Source: Octopus bimaculoides (lineage: Eukaryota). Taken from it: DNA of 53,267 nt. Under the pieces are notes generated by a model. That model was not told where the DNA came from and made no database searches. It worked only from the letters and a program-made list of their open reading frames with translations. Below are positions 12,786 to 25,206 of the stretch, piece by piece; positions within the stretch are counted from its first letter, which is position 1, and each line of letters opens with the position of its first letter. Where the stretch lies: the NCBI RefSeq assembly GCF_001194135.2, contig NC_068990.1, positions 12,566,960-12,620,226 on the forward strand. The letters run 5' to 3'. Position numbers and translations under genes: made by a program.

Positions 12786-13050
12786 ACATCATCATCATCG
12801 TTTAACGTCCACGTTCCATGCTAGCATGGGTTGGACGATTTGACTGAGGACTGGTGAACCAGGTGGCTACACCAGGCTCCAATCTGATCTGGCAGAGTTT
12901 CTACAGCTGGATGCCCTTCCTAACGCCCACCACTCCGAGAGTGTAGTGAGTGCTTTTATGTGCCACCGGCATGGAAGCCAGACAGCTGCTCTGGCAATGA
13001 TCACGCTCGGACGGTGCTCTTAGTGCTCCACTGGTACAGGTGCCGGGGCA
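12786..13050 (-). mobile_element. SINE-like family A copy
   Basis: Same family A sequence, including one internal ~65-bp unit. Confidence 0.9.
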
Positions 13051-15118
13051 CAATATTAGCAACCACTTTGGTAATTATCTCAAAATCATCTTTCAGGTCT
13101 TTCATCACCAAGCTAATTTCTTTGAATTGAAAACACAGTTCATTTCTTATTAATCTTAACTAATGTCAAAAATTTCAAGCAGTTTCCATTTGTTATATTT
13201 CACTTTCATAAGTAGGAGATGTGGAAGAACAGTTTGCTTTTTACTTATGGTAATTATCAACATTTGTTAATTTTTATTGGTAGAAAGTTGGAGATCTTCA
13301 AACAACTAAATTTATTTAATGAGAATTTGGGGTTGTGTTGGCCCTGAATAAAGTCACGAGATGGAATGAACTCTCTAGCCATGACCATTCTGTATTATTT
13401 TCATCTGTCTTCATAAAGAAGGGCATCAAACTATAGACACCACGCCAAAGTAGACAGTAGAACTTGGCACAGTCTTCTGACTTGCCAGCTCCTATCAAAC
13501 CATCCAACTCATGCCAGCATGGAAAACAGACGTTAAATGATGATGGTGATGATAATAATAATAAGTATACCTTGAGCTATATTATTCATCAGGGAATTTT
13601 TAAGACACAAAGATGTGATTTGAGAGGGGATTTGGCTGCTATTTTTAGCAGATTGGGTGAATCCCCCACCCCCACCCTGTGTTGCTAACCTAATCAGTAA
13701 TTTTCGTCAAGGGTTGATTAAGTTTCTTGATAACTTTTATGGAACACGTTTGACAATTAAGAAGTACCAATTGAACACCAGGGCTGATCTGATTTACCCT
13801 TCCCTCAAAAATGTTGGTTTTGTGCCAAAAATTTGAAATCAGTATTAATTTCCAGACTAGTTACTAGTTTGTTTCAGAATACAATTTCAAATATGCCCTC
13901 CATATTTTGTAATAAGTTACTAAATTAGAATTTGAAGTAGATTTGGCCGTTATTTCTAGCAGTTCAATTGCTTATATCAAGGCGTCCTGTTTATATTTTA
14001 GAGAAATCATAAGTTTTATAACTGCCAAATATCTTCCACTCAAGTTATCAATAAAGTCAATCATCCTTTCATAAAAGCCACTGATCTATCACACCTGTAG
14101 AGGTTGGTCATGAACCTGCTAAAAATATTAGCTAAATCTCCCTCAAACCACACTCTTAAATAAGGATACATTGGATATTGAAGTACAAGGTATACTATGC
14201 CTGAAAACTGATGGGATAGTCACGACTAGAATTTCTTTGATCCTGCCACATGCAATTAGTATGTATTAAACCAACTGATCTAGCCCCAAGCCGTTAGTAT
14301 ACATTAAGTATATTAATCTAGCCTCAAGCAGTTTGTATGTATTAAATATAACTTCACAAAATACACCATAACAGGAAATTTTTTATAGTTAGATAACAAT
14401 CAAGGAAGTTATTTTTCATATATTAAATTCTTTATTTATCTGTATTAGTATTTTTACATTTCATGTTTTATTTATTTAGACATTTAATTAAACGTTTCCA
14501 CCTCATTAAGAATTAAGTTGTGAAAGTTTGTAAGCTTATTGAGATTTATTTTTAGCTTTCATGTGGATTTTCAGAATGTAAAATTTATAATTATCTCACT
14601 GACTCCTTAATATCTAGATTTATTATACAGATAGGTTTTTTTAAAATATGAATGTAGGTGTAGGCATGACTGTACGGTTAAGAAATTTTCTTCATAATTG
14701 CATGGCTTTAGGTTCAGTCCAATTGCATGGTACCTTGGGAAAATGCTTTCTACTATAGCCTCAGTCTAACCAAAACCTTGTGAGTGAATTTAGATCATGG
14801 AAATGAAAGGGGTTTTTCATGTGTATATGTATGTATATGCATAAAGTAAGGAGTATATAAAAAGCCATAAATGATAGAAAAATATTTGGATGAAATTTTA
14901 TTTAACAATAAGAAAATTCTAACATCAGGACAAATTGTTTTGTAACTTAAATGCATGTAAATAATTTATGTTATTATATTCAATAATAAATAGATTACTT
15001 GCATGCCTACATTAATGAAAAAGGCAAAAAAAAAATTCTTCAAAATAATGCAGAATGACACATTAAGGAGATTTTTTTATGAGTTCTACTGGATTACTTG
15101 AATTCATATATTGTGACT

Positions 15119-15154
<36 letters not shown>

Positions 15155-15389
15155 NNNNNNNNNNNNNNNNNNNNNNNNNNNNNNNNNNNNNNNNNNNNNN
15201 NNNNNNNNNNNNNNNNNNNNNNNNNNNNNNNNNNNNNNNNNNNNNNNNNNNNNNNNNNNNNNNNNNNNNNNNNNNNNNNNNNNNNNNNNNNNNNNNNNNN
15301 NNNNNNNNNNNNNNNNNNNNNNNNNNNNNNNNNNNNNNNNNNNNNNNNNNNNNNNNNNNNNNNNNNNNNNNNNNNNNNNNNNNNNNNNN

Positions 15390-15793
15390 AAGTAGCTTGC
15401 TTCCCAACCACATGGTTCTGGGTTCAGTCCCACTGCTTGGCACCGTGGGCATGTGTCTTCTACTATAGCCTCGGGCCGACCAAAGCCTTGTGAGTAAATT
15501 CGATAGATGGAAACTGCAAGAAGCTCATCGTATATGTGTGTGTGTATGTGTGTGTGTGTGTGTGTTTGTGAGTGTGTATTTTGAGTGTCTGCGTGTGACC
15601 TCAACCATTGCTTGATAACTGATGTTAGTGTGTTTATGTACCCCGTAAATTAGCAGTTCGGCAAAAGAGACCGATAAAATAAATACTAGGCTTACAAAGA
15701 ATAAGTCCTGGGGTCGATTTGTTCAATTAAAGGCTGTTCTCCAGCATGGCCACTGTCAAATGACTGAACAAGTAAAAGAATAAAATAATAAAA
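15390..15793 (+). mobile_element. SINE family B copy (5' end in gap)
   Basis: AGTAGCTTGCTTCCCAACCACATGG...GACTGAACAAGTAAAAGAATAAAA matches family B. Confidence 0.85.
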
Positions 15794-15967
15794 GAATACA
15801 TATGCCATAAAACCTCCCCAAAACTCGACATCAATATCTAAGCATTATCTAAGCCAAATAAGATTGTCCATAAAAGAAAACAACCAGCATAACAAATATG
15901 TATCCCCATCATCAGCTGCCAACTGGATATCACTATGGTTTTAGCACACATATATATTTATAAATGG

Positions 15968-15999
<32 letters not shown>

Positions 16000-17068
16000 C
16001 TGGCTGTCTGTCTTGCATGATACTGTAAAACATCTAGACTGGTTTTCAATCCATGAGGTTATTGCTGTCATAGTCAGAACATGAGAAATAAAATATTATG
16101 CTTCTAAGTTTGGCATAAGGCCAGTAATTTTGGGATGTTAGAGTTAGTCAATTACATCAACCCCAGAACTTTGACTAGCACTTTATTCTCTTGTCATCAA
16201 AGAGATGCAAGGCAAAACTGATCGTGGTGGAATTTGAAATTAAATTGTGAGGAGCTGGAAAAAATACCACTAAGTACTTTGTCTGATGCTCTAACAATTC
16301 TACCAATACACCAATACAATGATTTTGTATTCCCTGATCTTGGAAAATACAGGTGACAACTCCTGGCATGTTACAGTCTTATTGTACCTCCTCTGCAAAG
16401 CATAACCATCTCTATCCTTGCCAGATTAATTAGAGAATCGCTATATTAATGTACAATAATATCATAATGACTCAGAAAAATACCCTGGGATGCTAGCCAC
16501 ATGGAAAATAACAGTGAGGTTATACTTAATGTACTGAGGAGGGGAAAAATATCTAAGTAAGAAATAATTATGCTGCACTTGCCAAAATGGTACAAAATTA
16601 ATTTCAGCCATTATGTTAAAGTTTCCTTCTCTGTTCACTGCTTAATTATTAATTAATTACATAATTATTATTAACTAAATATGCATTGGGTATGATAGTA
16701 TGCACTTGGCTGTTATTTTTGATGCAGATTAAAACTCTAAGAAAACTTCTGCCAATCACTATGATTTCTCTTTCTCTCTCTCTATCTCTCTCATCTACCT
16801 GTTTCCATGGAAATGAATAAGGTAACATGTTCAAGTGAACAAGATTTTTTTTTAATATTAATGAATTAAAATTTTTTTAAAAAAAGCTCAGTAATTTATG
16901 CGAGTTGTTCTTTCTATTCTTGGGAGTCTCATTTGCAACAAGATTAATTTCATTTTTCAAATCAACATCTAAATCCATCTGAAAATGAAATGAACCAATG
17001 TAGCTATTATATTGTTTCTTCTCATTTTTAGTCTTTACTATTTCAGTCTGTCTTTTAATGTAATTATT

Positions 17069-17300
17069 ATATGCTGTGTGGTAAGAACTTTGCTTCTCAA
17101 CCACATAGGTTCAGGTTCATTTCCATTGTGTGGCACCTTGGGCAAGTTTCTTCTACTACAGCCACAGGAAAACCAAAGCCTTGTGAGTGGGTTTGGTAGA
17201 CAGAAACTGAAAGAAGCCCATGACATGGCTGCGTGGTAAGAAGTTTGCTTCCCAACCACATAGTTCTGGGTTCTGTCCCACTGCACAGCATCTTGGGCGA
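17069..17300 (+). mobile_element. Two tandem family B 5' portions
   Basis: GCTGTGTGGTAAG...GAAAGAAGCCC is followed directly by a second GGCTGCGTGGTAAG...CTTGGGCGAGT. Confidence 0.75.
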
Positions 17301-18473
17301 GTATGTATATATATATAGCCCTGAAACTCGAGTCGCCTTTATATATATATATATTTATATTTATATATTTATATATTTGATCCTTTATATTGAACACTCA
17401 ATATTTCATCTACATTCAATACTTTATTTCATGGTGCCATCCATTTTTATTTTATTTTATATTATATATTGTATATTATATTATATATTGTATATTCCAT
17501 ATTCTATACCCCACATTAGTTCTGCAGGAATATAAATAAAACATAAAAAACAGACAGTGTTGGAACTCTTTTAAGCAAAATAATATATTCCTCTATACAC
17601 AATCATACAAAAAGATCCACCTTTTTTTGTATTTATTTTTACTCGCATATATATATATATATATATATNNNNNNNNNNNNNNNNNNNNNNNNNNNNNNNN
17701 NNNNNNNNNNNNNNNNNNNNNNNNNNNNNNNNNNNNNNNNNNNNNNNNNNNNNNNNNNNNNNNNNNNNNNNNNNNNNNNNNNNNNNNNNNNNNNNNNNNN
17801 NNNNNNNNNNNNNNNNNNNNNNNNNNNNNNNNNNNNNNNNNNNNNNNNNNNNNNNNNNNNNNNNNNNNNNNNNNNNNNNNNNNNNNNNNNNNNNNNNNNN
17901 NNNNNNNNNNNNNNNNNNNNNNNNNNNNNNNNNNNNNNNNNNNNNNNNNNNNNNNNNNNNNNNNNNNNNNNNNNNNNNNNNNNNNNNNNNNNNNNNNNNN
18001 NNNNNNNNNNNNNNNNNNNNNNNNNNNNNNNNNNNNNNNNNNNNNNNNNNNNNNNNNNNNNNNNNNNNNNNNNNNNNNNNNNNNNNNNNNNNNNNNNNNN
18101 NNNNNNNNNNNNNNNNNNNNNNNNNNNNNNNNNNNNNNNNNNNNNNNNNNNNNNNNNNNNNNNNNNNNNNNNNNNNNNNNNNNNNNNNNNNNNNNNNNNN
18201 NNNNNNNNNNNNNNNNNNNNNNNNNNNNNNNNNNNNNNNNNNNNNNNNNNNNNNNNNNNNNNNNNNNNNNNNNNNNNNNNNNNNNNNNNNNNNNNNNNNN
18301 NNNNNNNNNNNNNNNNNNNNNNNNNNNNNNNNNNNNNNNNNNNNNNNNNNNNNNNNNNNNNNNNNNNNNNNNNNNNNNNNNNNNNNNNNNNNNNNNNNNN
18401 NNNNNNNNNNNNNNNNNNNNNNNNNNNNNNNNNNNNNNNNNNNNNNNNNNNNNNNNNNNNNNNTACACTCTCT

Positions 18474-18630
18474 GAGTGGTTGGCGTTAGGAAGGGCATCC
18501 AGCTGTAGAAACTCTGCCAAATCAGACTGGAGCCTGGTGTTGCCATCCGGTTTCACCAGTCCTCAGTCAAATCGTCCAACCCATGCTAGCATGGAAAGCG
18601 GACGTTAAACGATGATGATGATGATGATGA
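18474..18630 (+). mobile_element. SINE-like family A copy (5' part in gap)
   Basis: TACACTCTCTGAGTGGTTGGCGTTAGG...GGACGTTAAACGATGATGATG. Confidence 0.9.
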
Positions 18631-18689
18631 TATATATATATTTATTTCTCACCCCTCCTTAATTCTTCTATCCCTCTATCTCTCTCTCT

Positions 18690-19165
18690 TCTCTCCCCAT
18701 GAGACCGGTGTTCGGCCAAGCCTGAACTTTCTTTCTTGGTTTGACTACCATTTGTGCAACAAATCTAATGTCTCAGCTGTAAGGCTTTACTTCCACACAC
18801 GCCAGCTTAATTTAATTTGTCCTTAGTCGAAAGACACCTGTTGTTAATGTCGTTTATTTGCATTTGTATTTGTGTACCATTTCTCCGTTTTTTTTCCATC
18901 CTTATTTTCGTATACATTCGCTGCTTTCTTCCAAGGAATCTAGTGCTCTTAGCTTAGTTTTTCCTTGGGGCTGGGCAGATTGGAGCAATCTCAAGTATAA
19001 CCAGCTGAAATTGCAAAGATAATCTGGAACTCGACTGAGGAAAGAAAACTCCAAATGACCCGTCCTTGTTCTCTTTGTATCGTCTGTCTGGATGCTTTAT
19101 TGTCCCCTTTTTTGTATCACCTAACTGTCTGGATGTCTTGCATTCTTGTCCCATTTTTGTATTTA
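18690..19165 (+). mobile_element. Unclassified repeat carrying GAAA...CTGAGGA motifs
   Basis: GAAA at 19007-19010 and CTGAGGA at 19035-19041. It ends in TTGTCCCAT followed by (TA)n, loosely like the two related elements. Boundaries are approximate. Confidence 0.35.
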
Positions 19166-20311
19166 TATATATATAATATATATACACACATTGTAATAGA
19201 AAATGACATATTTTCTATTGGCTGGTCAGTATCCTAAATGTCATGATTCTACAACATTGACAGTAGTTGTTATTGTCTGTTATTGTTTGATAAACTTCAG
19301 GGTCAGTACCATTATCCTACTTAGAAATCATGTATCATTAGCATCATAAAATGGTGTTGAAAAATCTTTGCACTTTTCCTTTCTTGAGAGAGATCAATAA
19401 TACTTAATCTTTAAGAGTCATATAAGCTTTGAAAGAAGAAGGAAAAATAAAGAAAATAGCACTCATTCATTTATTTGTAAAAATATATTTCCTTGATGTA
19501 TTGAAAGCTGCATTATATGTCTTTATCAATATTTTTGATCATGATGGAAACTCTTGTAGACTCACAGACAAACCTCTTCACTTGGGAATTATTCATAAAG
19601 ACGATTGTAGACATTTGAAGAAGTAGTGTTGAAGAATTTAATTAACACCTGAATTTTTAAATATGTTCTTCCTAGAAAACATCTAATTATTGAGTAATTT
19701 AAATAGATATCTAATTTTCTTTTATAATCACACCATATACTTTGGTAGTTGCATAGCAATCTATATATCATTTATCTATCTTTTTATTTTTAATGAATAT
19801 ATTTTTATTTCATTTTTCCACTAATATAGAAGGAAATCCACTTATAAGAATAGCACACTGAAAACTTTTGATCAACACACACACACACACACACATGTAT
19901 ATATATAGATAGATGTGAAACGTGTAACCATTAACTGAATAAAAATGCCTGTAATATATAAGCAGTGTGAAACGTTTATTACTTAAAGATTGGCAGTGAT
20001 TGCAAAGTTTTATCAAATGAAAATTTTCACACTAACAGCTTGAAAAGCTCCATTACAATACTATATATAAAACATTAATATATAAAAATTATAGAAAGGA
20101 TGTTTGTTAGTTACTAATACAGAAGAGGAGAAAAATCTTTCTTTCCCTCAGCCAGGGAGGCACTGTAGCCATTCTGGGGCATTGGCATATGTTTATATAT
20201 ATATGAATTGTAATATTGCACTTAGGCATCGAAATTCTAATAACTGGTGTAGAACTCAATATATGTATGCTTCTAAATGGAGTCTTAGTTGAGAACAGAG
20301 TCGTAATCAGA

Positions 20312-20548
20312 AAAAGAGATGACAAAGAAATAAACGATTGTCTTCATTAGCTTACAGCTGTTTCTGCGAACTCACAACCGAGTACCTGAGTAACATCTTA
20401 CAGCTTCATCAGAGCCTGAAACACAAAGTGAGGTGCTGTAAAATGTTGCTCGGTTACTCAAGTATGAGTCCACTACATCTTATAGTGAAAACAACTGTAA
20501 GCTAATAAAGTTTATAAGATAACCAGTTATTCCTTTGTAATCTCTTTT
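20312..20548. repeat. Inverted repeat (~240 bp) with Penelope pLTR-like arms
   Basis: The left arm (aaaagagatgacaaagaaataa...ttagcttacagctgtttc...gagtaacatcttacagc) mirrors the right arm (gctgtaaaatgttgctc...gaaaacaactgtaagctaa...ttattcctttgtaatctctttt). Confidence 0.85.
20339..20423 (-). ncRNA. Candidate minimal type I hammerhead ribozyme
   Basis: Minus strand reads UGUUUCAGGCU-CUGAUGA-(41 nt)-GAAA-CAGCUG-UA^AGCUAAUGAAGACA. It has an intact CUGAUGA and GAAA core, a GUA triplet, a palindromic stem III (ACAGCUGU) and an 11-bp bulged stem I. The stem II closing position is A.A rather than G-C. Confidence 0.6.
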
Positions 20549-20757
20549 ATCTTATATATCTTGAATATAAATTGGTGTAGAAAATAAAAATGTTTGTATT
20601 CCAAAGATACTTATCGTGTCATTCTGACCAATGGAGATGCAGCGAACCACTGATTAACCTGTTGAAAAACTATAATGTATAATGCTATTGTATACAAATG
20701 CATGTATGATAAAATATATTTTAACATCTGTAGTTTATGTGTAGGGGTACATATGTA

Positions 20758-20967
20758 GTGGTGCTGAAAAGTCCCTGGTTTTAAGGGTAAAATGAAAAGC
20801 CTGGTTGCAGGCCCAACCTTCCAAGTTTTTGTACAGAGCTTAGAAAATCTGAAGGACCACTGCAATAAGTGTGTGAACCAGAGAGGGGAATATGTTGAAC
20901 AAAATCATAATTAACTGAACTGCCTGCATTTTCTTTTACCCAAAGCCAGGAATTTTCTAGCACCCTT
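20758..20967 (+). mobile_element. Mariner-derived non-autonomous element (MITE)
   Basis: Imperfect ~33-bp TIRs (GGTGCTGAAAAGTCCCTGGTTTTAAGGGTAAAA / TTTTACCCAAAGCCAGGAATTTTCTAGCACC) with TA on the left flank. The internal frame SLENLKDHCNKCVNQRGEYVEQ resembles a mariner transposase C-terminus. Confidence 0.75.
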
Positions 20968-21155
20968 TCACATGTGTGTGTGTGTATGTGTGTGTGTGTG
21001 TATGTGTGTGTGTGTGTATGTGTGTGTGTGTGTGCATGTGTGAGTTTGTTTTTGTGCTTATCGGTCATTGTATGACAACTGGTATTAATCAGTTTTATGT
21101 TCCTGCAGCTTACCAGTTCAGCAAAAATTGACTGATAGGGTAATTATCAAACTTT

Positions 21156-21356
21156 GGTCATATCCTGTCCAAATATTCTACCTGTTTTGTGTTAAAGATG
21201 TCTAGATCTAACTTCTCACACTTACTTTATAATGTCCTTCTAAAATATATACAATAACATTACCAAAATCTCAAAAGTGCAAGATAATACATGATTAATT
21301 CAAAACTATGAATAAATAAGTATTACATTTGACAGAATAACATGAATGCTAAACAG
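21156..21356 (-). mobile_element. Second, more degenerate copy of the piggyBac-type MITE, in opposite orientation
   Basis: Aligns with the reverse complement of 43241-43448 (aaatattctacctgtttt...ataagtattacatttgacaga...atgctaaa). Termini are eroded. Confidence 0.65.
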
Positions 21357-22560
21357 TTCAAATAAAGCCTGAGATTGATTAAATCCTTCAAATCTGTACT
21401 CCAGGGTGGTTATAGTTCAATAACTAAAACAAACAAATGAAAATATGCTTGATAGATGCCAATGCATGAAACTTTTTGCTCTTGAGTCACTAAGTAACTT
21501 CTGCTGATTAAATTAAATCATGTGTTTGAACATATTATCTTCAATTTAGTAGCTCAGTACTATAAACACTGAGCAACTAGTATGTCTTTGATTTCAGTTT
21601 GTAAAAGAATATAGCTTTAAAAAAATGTTCTGAATTTTTATTCTATTCTCAAAATGTGAAAATCTTTTGATATTATTTTTTAATTATTCTTTAAAATACA
21701 TCAAAGCAAAGAAGCCATCGTCAATCTGTTTGCAGCTAAACCAAAGGAGTGTTATTTTGAATAACTTTTCTGAGAATTATTTGTAAGCAGCTGTGTTATT
21801 AAGATATATTTTGGCAAATCATATACTAACCCCCACCACAGAGTATGAAATGTGTTACCAGTTTGTCTACTTCCATAAATGAATTCCGTAAGATCTAAAT
21901 AGAAATAAATGATAGATAAGGTAATTATATAGATCAAGTCTTATATTTATTGAACATAAGTTTTACTTGCTTTGGAAATTTGGTAAATACTATCTATAGA
22001 AATGTTGATTTCATTATGCTGATTCTTAAGTTAAGAAAACAACAAACATGAGCAAACATTGGTGAGTGGGAATATAGTTTCTCATTGCAGAATCTTTTGA
22101 TGAACTGACAAACTTTGAAATTTGAGCTGGGTTCAGTCGTAATAAATGAAAGTGAATAGGGCTAGACGAATCTACTTGCTGGTGCTCTTTGTATTGATTT
22201 GTAAGAAAGGAGCTGGAGGTTTTTGATTCTCTGCTGTCAATGAAAATAATGAATATAAAGAAGGTACAGTAGAATTTCAGGTAGACTCAGAAAGAAGCAG
22301 AATTTTATTAGTACAAGATATACTGGATTAATGTAACAGTAGGAATAAACCAGAATCTAAATTTCTGTTGCATTACGAACCACATGGTTCCGGGTTCAGT
22401 CCCACTACATGGCACCTTGACCAAGTGTCTTCTACTATAGCCTCGGGCTGACCAAAGCCTTGTGAGTGAATTTGGTAGACAGAAACTGAAAGAAGCCTGT
22501 TGTATATATATGTGTGTATGTGTTTGTGTGTCTGTGTATGTCCACCCCCCAACATCACTT

Positions 22561-22851
22561 GCATATATAATGTAGTAGGATGTGCCTGACAAGATGGTAT
22601 CAACTCAACAGTTTCCAACTAACTTTTCTTTTCCATGATAATCCTATTAATATTTATTTCAAGAAGATTGAAATAAAGGAAACGGAATAAAGAATACATA
22701 TTTTGATCATTAACTTTGTTTCAACATAAGACCTTAGGAAAGGTTCTTCATGAAATAAATATTAACAGGATTATCATGGAAAGGAAAAGTGAGTTAGAAA
22801 CTGTTGAGTTGATACCATCATGTCAGGCACATCCTATTACATTATATATGC
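22561..22851. mobile_element. Foldback element / MITE with 106-bp inverted arms
   Basis: Arms 22561-22666 and 22746-22851 are reverse complements with only a handful of mismatches, around a 79-bp spacer. Confidence 0.85.
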
Positions 22852-23657
22852 TTGCAGAAGCTTCCTTATAAAATAGTATAGAGGAGACTCAGCAGAATCA
22901 TATCAGGCTCAAAGTACCATATTGATACTGGATGAAATGTTTTGTAGAAATAATCAGGTAAAGTTTTCAAAGAGGTTGTTATCATAGAGTTAAGAACAGT
23001 AAATCGCATAAATGAATATGATAGCACTGCATCTAAGTGCAGAGAAATAGTCTATTGTAAGATTGTCAGAGTCAGATGAAAAAATATTTATGTTACTATA
23101 AGGATAATGAAGTTGACAAGGAATTTGGTTAAACATTTTGATTATATTCTGTCTTTTTTGTTTTCTGTTATATTTGAGAGATTTTTTTTTTTCCATGATT
23201 TTGTTTTGTTAGAAAATATTCTCAGTTTATAGTTGGCAAAAATTATGTTATTTACTTGTCATTTGATAATTTAGTAAAAATCAAAATCAAACTAACGTAG
23301 GTATATTAAATTATATAGAATCTAATAATGTTTAGTATGGATATGTAATCAAATATAATATATAACAGGATAAAAAAAAAAAGATGCTAACTCTTTTGGT
23401 GCAATTATCTTAATTGTTACGTTAACGTATGGTTGTTTAGATTGGCATAACATAGAAATAGTCTTACTTTTAAATATTGTATTCACATACAAAAGTATGT
23501 GAATACAATATTTATTTAACCTACCTCGTATATATGTCTATGTATGTGGGTGTCTCAAATTATTCCTTTGTAGATTGAACAAATGATAATTAGAATCAAT
23601 AAACTTCCAAACATTACTGGCTCTCATCAGACATGTCTACATCATTTGACCAATCCC

Positions 23658-23702
<45 letters not shown>

Positions 23703-23725
23703 NNNNNNNNNNNNNNNNNNNNNNN

Positions 23726-23757
<32 letters not shown>

Positions 23758-24048
23758 CATATATATATATACATATATATATTTAAAATCATAGTCATGC
23801 CCAATGCCAGTGTCATGTAAATGGCACCTGTGCCAATGGCTCATAAAACACGCCCATTACAATCTTGGAGTGGTTAGCGTTAGGAAAGGCATCTTGTTGC
23901 AGAAACAAAGCCAATTCAGACTGGAACCTGATGCAGCTCTCTGGCTTACCAGTTCCAGTCCTACCATGTAACCCATGCCAGCATGGAAAGCAGACATTAA
24001 ATGGTGATGATGATGACATTGATATATATATATATATACATATATTAA

Positions 24049-24281
24049 TCTTTTACTTCTTTCAGTCATTTGATTGAGACCATGTTGGAGCACCGCCTTT
24101 AGTCAAGCAAATCAACCCAAAAACATATTCTTTGTAAGCTTAGTGCTTATTCTATCAGTCACTCAAGAATGTAAACACACCAGCATTGGTTGTCAAGTGA
24201 TGGTAGGGGGACAAACACAAACATACACATATATATATGACAGGCTTCTTTCAGTTTCCGTCTACCAAATCCACTCACAAG
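24049..24281 (-). mobile_element. SINE family B copy (3' two thirds), about 750 bp upstream of the first CUB exon
   Basis: tcttttacttctttcagtcatttga...gtctaccaaatccactcacaag is the reverse complement of the family B body and tail. Confidence 0.85.
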
Positions 24282-24531
24282 ATACATATATAATAGTTCA
24301 TATATCCCAAAAGAAGCACACTCTAAAATATTAAAGCAGTAATACTTAGAAGATTTTTGTTATGGCCGGTCAGTGACTGACCATTGGTTTCATAGCCATA
24401 TTCTTCATTTCAGTTGTAAAGAGGTCATGTACTTCCAGCCAACAATTCTTAAGAGTTGCCTATACAGCTAATTCTTTATAGGTGCAAAACCAATAATCAC
24501 TTTCTGACCAGCCGTAGCAAACTACTTCTAA

Positions 24532-24611
<80 letters not shown>

Positions 24612-25025
24612 GTAGTTGAAATTTACAGAAAAACAAAAGACAAAGACAGGTGTATGGACAACAAGCAGGCGTATTAGTTTGACACTCAGGAAAGTGAGAA
24701 AGTCTTTTACGTTTCAAGCCTATACTCTTCAACAGAAAGAAATAAAAGAGAATAAACAAAGAGAGAATAAAAATCTTGTGGAATTAGCAATCAAGTATGT
24801 ATGTATATATGAATGTATGTAAATCTAGATAGTCAACCTCCATTTGTAGATCTTAATAAAATAATGTAGAAGTATGCAGCAATTTCTATTCAAGTCTGCT
24901 ATAAAATATTTGATGTCCGATTCAAAAGTTACATGTTGTTCAAATTATTAAACAAAACTAATAATCTAAATTGTTTTGATTTTTCATTTCATTAATTTTT
25001 TCCATGTTTCCATATTTAATTTCAG

Positions 25026-25206
25026 GCTGTGAGATATCCACTATAAGCCACCACGGAGACTCACAGAGAAATGGCTCTTTGCACTCACCGAACTGGCCAA
25101 ATCTTTATCCTAACAGCATTTGTCACATATATAAGTTTACAGGAAGGAAATCAGAGCGAGTAAAACTTAACTTTACATCCTTCAATGTCCAAGGAATTCC
25201 ACCCAT
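25026..25206 (+). CDS. Internal coding exon, N-terminal half of a CUB domain (SOL-1-like CUB protein)
   Basis: Acceptor ttaatttcag|GC, donor AT|gtaagt, 181 bp, phase 1 to phase 2. Translation (G)CEISTISHHGDSQRNGSLHSPNWPNLYPNSICHIYKFTGRKSERVKLNFTSFNVQGIPP(M) has the CUB hallmarks C..G.L.SPNWP..YPN..C.Y.F and V.L.F.SF.V. The SOL-1-like label is recalled similarity, not a database result. Confidence 0.93.

Noticed and set aside
25004-25025. ATG start of the track ORFs 25004-25210 and 40300-40566
   Set aside because: These starts and the ORF tails lie in intronic sequence outside the splice sites. The exons are internal, not standalone ORFs.
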